From contig FLMG01001109.1 of assembly GCA_900088475.1 (NCBI GenBank), positions 1-59,692 of the forward strand: DNA of 59,692 bases, in the 5' to 3' direction. Below the pieces are notes generated by a model that was not told the DNA's origin, searched no databases, and saw nothing but the letters and a program-made list of their open reading frames with translations. Source of the DNA: Hyphochytrium catenoides. Its lineage: Eukaryota > Protista > Hyphochytriomycota. Each line of letters starts with the position of its first letter. Positions within the stretch are counted from its first letter, which is position 1. Below are positions 24,421-36,884 of the stretch, piece after piece. The position numbers and the translations under genes were made by a program.

Positions 24421-27400
24421 TCACTCAAAATCCGTCACTGCTGAGGGACGGAAAGAAGAGGAAGACCCGAACTGCTTCTCCAAAGAGCTAACCAGCAGGT
24501 TCTGCTCCTCTAAAGCCACCTTCTGCTTCTCCAGCTCTCTCTTTTCTCTCTCCTTCGCTCTCATGGCCTCCTTCATCTGTTCTTGCAGCGCAGCATTCTC
24601 CTTCTCCCTCTGCCTGGCTTGCTCAAGCTCAGCTTCTCTCTGCTCTTTCTCTCTTCGCAGCTCTTCTAGCTTCTCTTCCTCTCTTCGCCGAAGCTCTTCC
24701 CTCATCGCCTTCTCCTATGAAGGAGAAACAAAGAATGAAGGAAGAAGCATGGACTGTTAGATAACAGAAAAGGCAGCATCCTATGGCAGGTACACTTCTT
24801 ACCTTGTTTGCCACTTCCAGCTCCCTCTGCACTTTCAGATGTTCTTCTGTCCGTACAGAGGTCCAGAGAGAAGAAGAGGTGGGGAGAGGCGCTGTTGGAT
24901 TCGAAGTGGAGGAAGAGAGAGTGTCTCCCTTTGTGGTCGAGGAAGAGGCGAGAGAAGACCACGCTTGGACATTCTTGAGCTCCAGCTGTTGAGGCTTGTC
25001 TTTGTCTTCAGACGCGACAGTAGCAGCAGCAGCAGCAGCTACCGCCGTTGCTTCCACTGTCTTAGGAGCTTCGGGAGTTCTCTCCGATGTCTAATGAACG
25101 AGCAAAATAGAGACAAAAGACAGAGAGAGAACAGAGTAAGAAACAGGAAGGCTTATGGTTAGCAATCAGCTAACAGCTGCTCTTGGAAAAGAACTCAAAA
25201 GACCAGTCCCGGCCAAGGGTCAACGATCCCTACGCCCCCTTTCCTTCTTCCCTCCCTCTACATCTTTGGAGAGAGAGAAGAGCGAGGAAGTAAGAACCCA
25301 CCCAAAGAACACCAGCCCGTCAAAACCCCATTGGCACCTTGTCGTCATCTGAGGCGCTGCCGCTATCTTCATCATCACTCTCAGAACCTAAGAGCAGGGA
25401 GGCGGCGTCAGACAGGAGCTGATGAGCAGAATCCACTAAGATACTTACCGCTAGACGACGAGGAATCGCTCCCACTGCTTGAGCTATCTGACGAGCTCTC
25501 CCCCAACGTTGGAAAAGGCTCAATCTTCGCTCTCTTAGCCTGCTGGCCGTTGAAGTCGGGCACCTGGGCACCCTCAAGTGCACTCAACTGTGCCTGAACT
25601 TCAGCGATCTGCGCCTGATGCGCTTCAGCCACTCGTTGAGCGAGTTGCAGCTGAGACCGGCCAGCAGGTTTTGCAACAGAAGGGCGAGGACGCTTCTTCT
25701 TGGCGGTGAGGCAGCCCTATTTAGCAGGAGTCGTGAGCCTCTGATCAGTTCAAATAGGTAAGAGAAAGGCTAGCGATAAGCAGCACCGCAAGAACAAGAA
25801 ATTTCGCTTTGTACGTCGTTTAAAGTCTTTAAGCGTCGGCCCAAAAGGTCAGTTCTCCATAAAAAGCGAAAAGACTGACAGAGCGTCACGACAGTGCTGA
25901 TTGGTACCTTGACGTAGTTCTGCAGATGTCTCAGAGTCTGAGTATCAAGCGAGCCGATGTCAATCTCTATCTCTTGGTCTGTGTCCTGCTTGCTGATGGG
26001 CATCCGCTCGCTGATGATCTGCAGAACGCGGGTCAACTTGTCCGCTGACAGCTTGTTGATGTCCAAGCTAAGTCTTCTCTTCTCTTCGAAGGTCAAAGGA
26101 CGATTCTCGTCAAAGTCGTAGCTCATCCGAGAGCCGTTGGACGGCGCTGGTGATGACACTCTGCCGGAGGTAAAAAGGAGCCGCAAATTAGTGAGATAGG
26201 AAACAGAACAGCTGATGTCTAGGAGGCTAAGCACAACGAAGATGGCAGAAGTAAGCCATGAGAACCTCCTATTCCTAGTGAACTGTACGAACTGAGATAT
26301 GTGGTTCTCTCTTCTCACCTTTTCTGTCCGAAAGGAGACAGAAGAGAAGGCGCCAGACTGCCCATTGCGTGCATCTCGTCAAGCTGCTTTTTCATCATCG
26401 CAATCTGTTGCTTCATCCTCTCAATCTCATCCGCTGCCTCCGAGGACACAGGCGGTGTAGGGATAGGGGGAGGAGAGGTTTTCCCCTTAGCTGAAGAGAA
26501 TGACGATGACCGAGGAAGAGAGTCTCTCTTCCTGTGAGAGCTTACGCCTCTGCCTCCCTTTACACGAGGTGTCTTCGCGCTATAAGGTTTATCGTCCGGA
26601 TCGTAGGGCAACTTGGGCTTCTTTGTTCTTGGAGTCTTCGTAAGTGAAGCGGGAAGAGGACCCATCTTGGCCATCAGCTCTCCATACTTATAATCCCAGA
26701 TTTCCTCGAGCATCTTCGCCCACTCGTGTACGAGGTGCTTTGGTCTATTGTATGTCTTAGCATTGCGGAAGGTGAGCCTCACATGCTCTGCCACCTCTTC
26801 AGGAGATGTATAGAAGCCGTCCTCAAGCCTCTCTCTAACAGTTCCTAAGTCCATCGGCTCTGTTATGATATCCAAATAATCTGGGATGTTCAGCGCGACA
26901 GGATCCACCGGCTGGAGGAAAGGATGTGCATACTGGTGCTTCATAATCTGAGAAAGGATCTGTCCTACTTTCTTCATATATTCCGGCACCTTAGCAGGCT
27001 GTGGTGCCTCTTCTTCCTCCTCCCAGGCGTCTCGAAGATGAGAGGGGATTACCCTCTTTCTCTCCGATCGAACCCTTGGTGATGATAAGTCTTGAAGCGG
27101 AGTTGCCGCCGCTGTAGGCGTAGGCTGCGAAAGCTTTCCCAACGCACTCCTCTTCGCGCCTTGCTTAGGTGAGGCGCGAGGGGTTGCCTCTTTTGCTGCT
27201 GGCTTTTCTGCAACAGCTTCAACAGTCGGCGCTGTTGTCCCCGCTCTTGCCGTATCTACTGTGGCTGTGATGGGCTTTGCCTTAACAGTCCTTTTGCCTA
27301 CTGAGGCCCTTCCTTTGGCAACCGGAGGTTTCTTTGCTGGCTTGGGCGCTATAGGGCGATAGGTTTTGGTCACTTCTAGACTATTCTTGCTAAGATTGAG

Positions 27401-28381
27401 ATGTCCATCGAGGTCAAACGATCCAAACTTGTTGGCCCCGTGTCCTCCAACTTTATAGCGCCCGCTGATCGCTGGATCCTTCACAAAGATCAATGTAAGA
27501 TTACTCTCATTGATCTTTTGTGGATTCCCAGGCGTGATCTGGATGAAGAAGTGTCCATCATAGAGACCCGAATAGGGAAACTGTTCCTCATCATCAGGGT
27601 TGATGGGCTTCTTGGATTTATATTGAAAGCGACTCGTTTGGCCACCAGGTAAGAACGCCGCTTCGGACATGCCCCAGTCCCCTTCCCACACAGCCAATCC
27701 GCCCTGGACAGAGTATGATCCCCGCAGGACTGGGACAGGAACAGGAACAGCAGGCGCTGGGGGAACAGGAGCGGCTTCCTTGACAGGAGTAGTCTCCGCC
27801 ATTGGCTCCTAACAATGAAACGAAGAACGAGGAGAAGACAGAGAAAGATGCCGGAGCGCAAGAAAAGACAAGGGATAATGTCAGCTCCTCTTTCTAGTGC
27901 GCTGTCATAAGACTAGGCCATGAAAATAGAGGAGCTATTATTGAGACAGGAAAATTAGGGGGAGTCCATCCCGGACCTTGTCGTTGACGTGCTCTGCAGG
28001 ATTATCGTGGTCAATTCCCTCTTTCTGCATTTGACTTATCTCACTACAGATAGAGATAGATGACGTTAGCTCTAACATGCCCGCTCTATCAATGGAGCCA
28101 CTCTGAGAAGTAAGACAGGCCCGGATGCCCCAACAAGCTTATCGGTAAGGTCTATTACACCCTCTCCAACTATAATGAGGACAACGAAGAGATACGACGG
28201 CCCCTGTCCCCAAAGGGTGACAGCAATTCAAAAGCGGGACATGGGGGGAGGGAAGGAAGACGGCGACAAGAATGAAGCACGGTTCATCGTACCTATTATC
28301 CTTGGTAATCCAATTGTCCACGTATTGTCTATTCTCAGTGCTAAGATGACCGTCATCGACCCTTGTAGGTGGGTTTAACAT
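24421..28381 (-). CDS. BET/GTE-like chromatin reader: uncharacterised N-terminal domain, single bromodomain, ET (NET) domain, C-terminal coiled coil
   Basis: Bromodomain YAHPFLQPVDPVALNIPDYLDIITEPMDLGTV...VRLTFRNAKTYN; ET domain RPLTFEEKRRLSLDINKLSADKLTRVLQII...EIEIDIGSLDTQTLRHLQNYV; LKNVQAWSSLA motif and E/R-rich tail. Two small upstream exons splice in frame, so the start is 28381, 28030 or 27802. Confidence 0.92.
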
Positions 28382-28930
28382 GGAGAGACCAAAGGGGCGC
28401 CAAGCGCTCTAGACGGAGCCAAGGAGACAGATACACGTTCTGTCCAAGACCCTTATTAGCACATTGACGTGCAACATAAGGAGCGAAACGGTAACGCTAT
28501 CTATATCAGATAGGTAGAGAAGGGCGATGGACTAGGAAGAGGAGATGTGGCTGTAGACGAGAGATGCAACTGAGAGATGGCTATAGATTCAGTTCGTAGT
28601 CACCAGTGGTGGTGGTATACATACAAGCAAATCACGGTCGAGAGGAGAGACCCGCGGTGTTCTATTCTTCTCGAACCTCCAACTAGGACGCGATAGGCTC
28701 CGTCTGCCCCGTGAGAAGACCAGAGAGGGCAGACAGGAGGATGCCCCCTCAGCAGCCCACGAATGCGGCTGCGTGGCAGCGCCGGGGAAAGTCTCTGCCT
28801 CAAGTCTCCCTCTCCTCGCTTCAAAAGGAGCAAAGAGCGCGGGAAGGAGTGGTCGAGCGGCGCGGCAAGGCGGCACTCCCGAGGGCTTGTCCCACTGTGG
28901 CCCGAGGGAGAATAGAAGAGGAGAGCGAGC

Positions 28931-28985
<55 letters not shown>

Positions 28986-29095
28986 AAAGATCTTTTCTTC
29001 TCTCTGTTCCCTGTGTGATCTGAAGTGTCGGCTGGGCTGGTGCCTAGAAAGTGAGGCGGAAGGTCAGAGAGGAAGGAAGAGTGGACAAGGGGGAT

Positions 29096-30099
29096 GGGTG
29101 GGCGGAAGAAACGGGGACTCTACACCCAACACATGACGAGAGAGAGAGAGAGAGGAAGAGAAAGATCAACAATGGCCGCACAAACGACCACTAACAACAA
29201 CGACATCAGGGCACCACCAAGGACCACCCATCCCGCAATACACTTAGCCTTACAATACTGCACATTCAGGTGGGTGGGCAATTAACAATAGCAAATACCA
29301 AAGAATGAGAGACGCGAGTGGGTGGGGAAGAATACTATGTAAAATAAAAGGGAGGATCAAGGCCTAGTTTGTTACCTTAACGCACAAAGGAAGCGGGTGG
29401 GAGAAGCTACGATTTCAAAATGGAACAAAACGGAAAATCCTCTTTTCCTGTTATGTCCCCCAAAGGCTAAGATTTTCTATCTCCGTGTGCCCTGCAAAAG
29501 CAGACAGATTAGCCTCCGTGAGGGCGGGTGGGCTGCTTCACAAGGGACAGCAGATCCAAGGAAGGGGAGGAGGAGGAGCTAACCAACGGACTGGAACAAC
29601 CTCATCATGATGGGTAGGCATCAACATAACAACTGCCAAATATCCATGCATTATTCAGATACAGAAGGCGGGTGGGTGCGGAGGAAACAAGTGTGTGTGA
29701 CGAGTGGCAGCCACCCAAATGACCTCTCGTGAAAGTGTAACTTTACCAACGCTAAAGGAGGAATGGTGAGAGACAGAAAGCGGAGTTGTGAGTGAATACG
29801 TACTTTGTACAGATTCAGCTGGCTCTCGAATGCCCTAGAACAAATGGCTGGTTTGGGTTGTTCTGGACTCGGAAATTGAGGAAATGAAGCGTTGTAGGGA
29901 AGGGGAGGAAGGGCAAAAAGGTGGACAAAAACTGGAGGGGAATTCCTGCCTTTTTGAGGGAATTATTATTTAGCTGTATGCAGGATTATATGAACTGGCT
30001 CATAGTATTACTACTGCCGAGCTTTACCACACACCCGATCCGGATGGGTGGGCAGCAGACGGTGATTGGTTGAGATCTTTGGTGCAGGAGGTGGGTGGG
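29096..30099. promoter_or_regulatory. Cluster of GGGTGGG (CCCACCC) motifs upstream of the BET gene
   Basis: Perfect copies at 29096, 29272, 29320, 29395, 29526, 29670, 30046 and 30093, plus variant GGGTAGG at 29612, all on one strand. A regulatory role is inferred only from position. Confidence 0.45.
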
Positions 30100-30539
30100 C
30101 AGAGTCAACTTTCCCTCTTTTGAAAACGTTGCTTTCTTGGGGGAAGATCCAGATGCAGCCACTATTCGGGAAAAGGAGGGGGTTGATGCAGAATAGAAAT
30201 AGGTTTGTGGATGATAGTACTTTATTCAGAATGAAATATAGTATTGTTTTGGACAATGTTATTTCACTTTGCTCTGGTTTCAAATAAGTACGGCTTGAAG
30301 GGGTTGAAAAGTGGACAGCTGTCACGTCGGCGGCTCTGTCTCTTCAGTCTCCCCTCCACATCTCTCCCTTTGTGGTTCCTTTCACTCTGTCTCTCACACC
30401 TTTTGACTCGCAGCCGTGGATTATAAACAGACCGTTAAGGTTATGATGTTATGATAGGACAGAGAGAGAGAGAGAGAGACAGAGAGAGAGCTGAGTATAC
30501 AGAAGAGGGATAATAAAACCTGTAGCGAGACAGAAAGAC

Positions 30540-30572
<33 letters not shown>

Positions 30573-30675
30573 CGGGGAGAGAGAGAGAGAAAGAGAAGAG
30601 AGGAGGATATGAGGCAGCCTTGATCTTTCAGGTGACATGCCAATCACTGTCGTTTTGGGACTGTAAAGAATGGGT

Positions 30676-30719
<44 letters not shown>

Positions 30720-30927
30720 CTCTTTCTTTCGCAATCTTAGCATATGTCATCTCTCTGTCTCGTTCTACGGCCTCTGGCTTGATTGTGTTTCTTTCTCTTC
30801 ATAGAATTTGTGGATTCCCCGTCGTTGGTTTTCTGCTGATCGATCGGTGACGGATCAGCTTTGAGGCTGCACCGCAAGTGTACATCGCTTTCTGATGGCA
30901 AGGATCGGCGCATCATCGTTAGGAGAG

Positions 30928-30960
<33 letters not shown>

Positions 30961-31199
30961 GAGAGAGAAAGGGAGGAAAGATAGTGTCTGCTCTTCCCTT
31001 GTCGTTGTCCGTTGTCATCTTCAAATGCCCCCTGGCATGAGGTCAGCGATCATGCTCATACTCTCACAGACACTGCCTCTCGGGCTTTCATCTTCTACAG
31101 CAGCCTCAGCGCAGATCATCTCCCTCTCTTCTGATCAAGTACTCTCTCTTCTCTCTTCTCTCTCTCTTTCTCTTTCTCCCTACTTTCGATTGCTGTTCT

Positions 31200-31760
31200 C
31201 ATCACTCTCTCATGCAGTTTAGAGGTTCTCCTCTACGTTGTGAGCATGTGGCCCTTGGACTCTTCTCACTCCTTCAGCAAAGTATCGCCGTTCCTCTTTC
31301 TCTCAAAACTTCCCCATCATAGCAGCTGTCTCCCTTGACGTGGCCCCGTCAGCGAGCTAGTCCTGAGCGTTATAGCAGCGGCGGGAGCCTGCTGGAGGAG
31401 TAAACTCAGGCTGTCATGCCATGGCAACGGCTTCTCATCGTCATAGAGATGGGAGAAGTCGTCTGGAAAGGTTCTCGCTTTGATGTCAATGAGGGTGAGG
31501 GAGGGCCTGTCGTACAAGCGCTGGCTATCGCGGGCTATGGGATGCGTCTGGACATGAGCTGAGAGGACAGATGGCTGACTGTCGTCTCTTTCTTGAGCTT
31601 GACTCTTGGCCTGAGGTCATCGTTGGGTGGCAAGGCAATCGTTCCTCTCTTCCTCATACTTTCTTTCTGATATATGAGCAGGTGTGTCACTTCCAGGCTA
31701 GGCTTGCCTCGTCTGAGCAGCTCCACGGCCTTGAAGACATATCCCACTGCCTTGCCAAGT
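31200..31760 (-). pseudogene. Possible decayed or frameshifted Ras-association (ubiquitin-fold)-like coding segment
   Basis: RVKLKKETTVSHLSSQLMSRRIP* continues in another frame as IARDSQRLYDRPSLTL...SHLYDDEKPLPW, resembling the LxDDExPL end of RA domains; stops follow downstream. Confidence 0.25.
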
Positions 31761-32264
31761 CTATCAAATGCTTCTCTTTACCTTTTACCACGTGCTCTTC
31801 CTACTCTGTTCCTCTTTCAACTCTACGAGGCCCTGCCACGTAGTTCCGCATTCCTGGACAGTATAGAGGGGCTCAGGGAAACGAGGGAGGCAGAAGGAGA
31901 GAGAGAGAGAGAGAGAGAGATGGTGGAGGGCGGAGGGAAGAGAGAGACATGAGCCCCTGACCGGGAAAGCGGCTAATCAGTAGCAGCGCCATAGCTAAAG
32001 AGTAAGCGGGAGACGCAGATACCCCGGGAAGGCACGATAAACTTATCATAGATCCCAACAGAGACCACGAGTTTCCCTCTCACTTTCAACCGGACCCATT
32101 CAGAGAAAAAGGCATAGAGATGGTCTTCGTAGAGCTTGCAGCTCGAGCTCTTTACCCATTCTCTTCTTGTCATACTCTTGCTCCTCTCTCTCTCTCTTCT
32201 TCTCTCTCTCTTTCCCTCTCACTTTCTCTGCGCTCGATTGCCACTTTGACTCATGTTCTTACGG

Positions 32265-35200
32265 CTAAGCTCCTCCAGCTGGTAACGACTGCCAGAGCTG
32301 GTGAAGATTCTCCTGCTGCTTCTGCAGGAAGGGCAGAAGACAGTGTCTACCTTCTCCCTCATTTTCTTTATCCCTCTCCGTTTCCTCCGCCCTCTCCGTC
32401 ACTTCCTGCCATAGAATCTCGTTGTACTCTCTCAGCGCTCTTCGCACTCTTCCTCTCGCCCAAAGAGAGAGAGGCACCTCTTCTACCCTCTTGCTTCCCA
32501 GGTTATGGAAGGTCTGGAGGAGAAGAAAGTCCAGCTTAGAGGCGAGAGCGTTATCGATGAGCTTCACTTCGCTAAAGCCTTCTCTTTCTTCTCTTCCTGC
32601 CTCGGCCTCTACGCCGTCTTCCCTATCCTGTCCCGTGGTGAGAGTGACGAGTTCCATGCTGTCCAGCTCCATAGAGCGAAGTGTCCTCTGGTTCTCCTCC
32701 TCTAGGAAGGTGCTGCAGAGAATATGATTGTCTAAGTCCAAGTGATAGCCTGCCTGTTGCCTGTAATGCTGAAGCTTTGTCGGCACCTCCCTCTCTTCCT
32801 CTCTCTCTTTGTCTCTCTCTTGGTCTTCTCTCTCTCTCTCTGTTCGATCTCTGTCTCTCTCTCTGTCTTTCGCTCGCTCGTTTTCCCACCTTGTCTCCTT
32901 TTTCCCCCCGCCCGTTCATCTCTCTCTTCCTCCGTTCTCTTCCCCTTTCTCTTTGACTAACGTATCTGTCCGGGTCGTACCGGTGGGTCTCTAGCCCAAT
33001 GAGTCCAGAGGTGCAGCCTTCAGCAATATCTTGCACAAGGAAGAGAGAGAAGGACCGCCGAACCTGCCAAAGCATATGTTAGGAGACATCTAGAAGCATT
33101 GACTAGAAAGAAGGCAAAAACAGAGCATGAGCTTTGACAAGGAAAGGAAAGAGCTCGAAAGGAAAGATGTTGTAGATATCCTCTCTCAGGAGAGATACTG
33201 GAGAGGACCTAAGACGGCTAAAGAAAAGAGAGATCGAGATGGAAGAGACAGAGAGAGCGAGAGAGAGAAAGAGAGAGAAGCAAGGTAAGGCTGGGCTACT
33301 ACCTGCTGAGATGAATGACAGAAAATGCCATAGAAGTGCCTTTTAAGGATGACTTTCCCTATGAATTCGTCTTTCTGTCGCCAAGACATGTACGGGTAGA
33401 TGCTCTTGACAAGAGAGAGAAGAGAGAGAGAGACTTCGTCTTTCCCATAGGTCGGCGCATCTTCCTCAACTGGCAGCAGGATTCTGAGAGACTCGAAGAG
33501 AGAAGAGAGATCTACCGAGGATAACTCTAGCTTCATTTCTCCGACTCTTGTCAGGACTTTCTTTAGAAGAGACAAAGAGAGCACGAGCGAAGATAAAGAC
33601 TTTTTATGATTCAGAGCCCGAAGAGCAATATCTTGGAAGAGAGGAGAGAGGCCAACGTTAGCGATGACTTCTCTCGAGAGATCCACTATCTCCCTTCTCT
33701 GCTCCTGACTAAGCGGAGAAGCGAGAAAAGGGAGAGTCCCGGGGTCGCTTACGCGTACAATTCTCTCCTCGCCTTTCTCTGTCTCTCTCCCTCTGTCAAG
33801 AACAATGTCGTCAAGGATAAAGTCTTCAGCTTCTTCAATCTCTTGCAAACACTCATTGATCTCGTCCAGAAGCTCCTCAGAGAGAGAAGAAGATGTCCGC
33901 AGCCGCTGTTCCTCTTTGTCAGTCTCTTTCTCTTGATGTACCATAGAAGCTCCGCCGAGCACCTTCTGCCGCTGTTGCTCTTCTCTCTCTTCGGTGTCTC
34001 TCTCTCCTTCGATGGCTCGACTGAGCATCGTCAGATAAATAGAGAGAGTCTCGGTATAACCAGGGATGCGTGGCCATAGCTTATCATCGACTGACTTGTC
34101 TCCCTCTCCCGGCAGAGATTGCGAGAGAAGGCGGAAGTAGGCACCAAGGAAGTCAAGAAAGAGAGAAACGTGATTGCTGAGCAGGGAGGCAAAGCGTTTT
34201 CCTATCTCTTGAGAGGAAAGAGATATTTTCTCTTCTTTCTTCTCTCCTCCTTTATCTTGAAGCCCAAGGTCAGGGAAGCGCGATAGAAAGATATCGTCCC
34301 TCTCGCTCTGTTCTCCTTTCTTAAGGTCCTCTCTCTCTGCGGAGGCAATGAGAAGAGAGACTCTGTTTGCAAAGACAGAGGCCTCCTCACTCTTCGTGAC
34401 GCAGGAGGACCAGTTTTCCATTAGCGCGCTTTGGACGGCTGGGAAGACAAAGAAGGCTCTAGAGGCCAGGCTTTGTAGCAGCTGCCGAAGCTGTCTTTCC
34501 TCTTCTCTTTCTTTTCTTCTTTCCTCTCTCTCTTTATCTTCCCTTTCTCTCTCCACTTGGCTGGGCAGGACGTGTGCCATAGTCTCTTCAACCTTGTCTA
34601 TGGCATGGCGTACAGTGTCTAATAGTAGCTGCTGATAGACACAACGGAGATCTCTCTCTCTCTCCTTCTCTCTCCCGCCTGCCCTGAACTCTTCACGAGA
34701 GAGAACAGCTCCCAACAATTCATAGATTAGCGCCCGATCATCAGAGGACATGGTCTCTCTCTCTTGTCCTCCTGGTGTGTCTTCCTTTCTTTCCAGCCTC
34801 TCCTCCTGCAACTGCCTTAAGAGCCAGACAGAGAGAGCGAGAAGGCTCTCTTTACTCTCTTGGAGGTCAGAGAGAGAGTCATAGAGAAAGAAAGGTTGAA
34901 GAAGCGTACACCGCAGGCCGCGGAGAAGTCTGACATTCTTTTCCTTCTCAAAGGAGAAGGAAGAGCATGAGACAAGAGAATTGATGGCCTCTCCAAGCTC
35001 TGGATGATAGCGATACACCTGCCTGGCCGTAGTCGTCCTGGCTCTCTCTCTTCTCTTGCCTCTCTTCTTCTCTCTCTCTTGGTCTCTTCGCTCTCCCAGG
35101 AGACGGTCGCACTCTCCTTGCAGCTCCTGTACGCCTCGACTCAGATCATCCACAATCCCATTGAGTTTCTCTTTGGCGATGGCAGCAAGATGCTTGAAGG

Positions 35201-35276
35201 AAGAGGCTCGATACCGGGCCCAGCCGGCCTTCTCTCCCCTTCCATCCGTACAGCCTTCCTTCATCCTCATTATCAT
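32265..35276 (-). CDS. Large helical protein, probable DUF1765 family
   Basis: 696-codon ORF plus further exons to TAG at 32265. Motifs LASRAFFVFPAVQSALMENW, LWPRIPGY and spliced HFYGIFCHSSQQ|VRRSFSLFLV resemble DUF1765 motifs as recalled (AFFFxPGV; FxHWSxxVRxYF). 5' end uncertain. Confidence 0.6.
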
Positions 35277-36374
35277 CCAGCAGCTCTCAAGAGAATGGGA
35301 CAGAGGAGGAAGAGGGAGCTGGGGTTAAGGGGTCAGAGAGAGATTGTGGTGGAGCTGCAGATGAAAGAGAGAGAGAGAGGCGGCTATCGCAATAGAGCTA
35401 CTAAAGCGCGCAGAGGCAAGGGACGCGGACTGTGAGGTGCGGCTTGATGGCCGAAGACTGAAGGGACGGGAGAGGGAGAAAAGAAGAATGAGCGAAAGAG
35501 ATGTCTAGAGGCGGGAAAAGAGAGAGAACGGGGAGATATAGCGGAGGAAAAGAGAAAGAGAGAGGGAGAGAGCGAGCGAGAAGAGAGAGAGAGAGAGAGA
35601 GAGAGAGTCTGGTCCATCTGGACTTCAAGGTCTTCACAATCTCTCTCTCTCTCTCTTCCACTTCTTAGAACATCCTTTCGCTACAGTGCTTCCCCTGGAG
35701 CTGAGGCTGAGGGGTATGTGAAAGTTTCAAGCTTTCATTCCGAATCCTAGAGATCGCCCCCAGTAGTGAGCTGAAGGAGTGGGGTTGAGACAGGTTGTGA
35801 CAGAAGGAGAGGGGAGGGGGAAAGGAGAAGGGAGAAGAGAGAGAGAGAAAAAAAGAGAGAGAGAGAGAGAGAGACAGATAGACAGACAGACAGACAGACA
35901 AACAGAATGTCAGGGAGAGACAGAGAGAGACAGAGAGAGGCAGAGTGAGAGGGAGTGAGAGAGAGTGAGAGAGAAAGAAAGTGCGAATAGACTAGAAGAC
36001 AGAGGCGGGAACAGAGATAGACAAGAACCACTCACATGAAGNNNNNNNNNNNNNNNNNNNNNNNNNNNNNNNNNNNNNNNNNNNNNNNNNNNNNNNNNAG
36101 AGAGAGAGAGAGACAAGAACATGAGAACCCCAACAGCTCTGTCAGGCCAGTGTTTATGCCCTTGAAGCGGCAGGACGGGAGAGATCGAGACGCGAGAACG
36201 GACAGCACAGAGATCGGGAGAAAAGCGAAGAGGCTGAAGCTCTCTCTCAGACTCATTCTCATCAATCGCTCTCTTTCCCTCTTTTCTTCTCTCTCTCTCC
36301 CTCTCTCTCGCCCGCTATCATCCTCCGCAAGCAAGCTCCACATTTTCCTCTTCAGCGTACCCTTCTCTTCTCTT

Positions 36375-36406
<32 letters not shown>

Positions 36407-36454
36407 TTCGGTGTGCTTCTCTCTTAGCCTTTGCTGGAAACCTTCACTTAGACT

Positions 36455-36846
36455 ATGACAGAGCCTCAGGTACCGCCAGCGGGCTCTGCCGAGACTCTCA
36501 GCAAGACAGAGCGGCGAAGACAAGCAAAGGCCGCGAAAAAGGAGAGACGGCGGAGAGAGAAGGAAGAAAAGAAGGCTGCCAGGCTGGAGAAGAGACAGAA
36601 AATTATTGAGGCGAAACGCGCCAAGCGCCAGAAAGAAACAGAGAATCGTAAGATGTGGCTACAGGCAGGGGACAACCTGGAGCAGAAGAGAGAGAGAGAG
36701 ACGGAGAGAGAATAGCATCGTGAGCAGCATGAGCAAGCGACGGGAATGAGAAGAGGACAGAGTAGAGGAGAGGATGTTAGAACAGACAGATGTATAAAAT
36801 GGCGTGGTTTAAAGGGATGAGAGAGAGAAAGAGGGAGAGGTCAGAG

Positions 36847-36884
<38 letters not shown>

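Noticed and set aside
25441-25449. ATACTTACC resembling the U1 snRNA 5' end
   Set aside because: It is the reverse complement of a 5' splice site of the BET gene.
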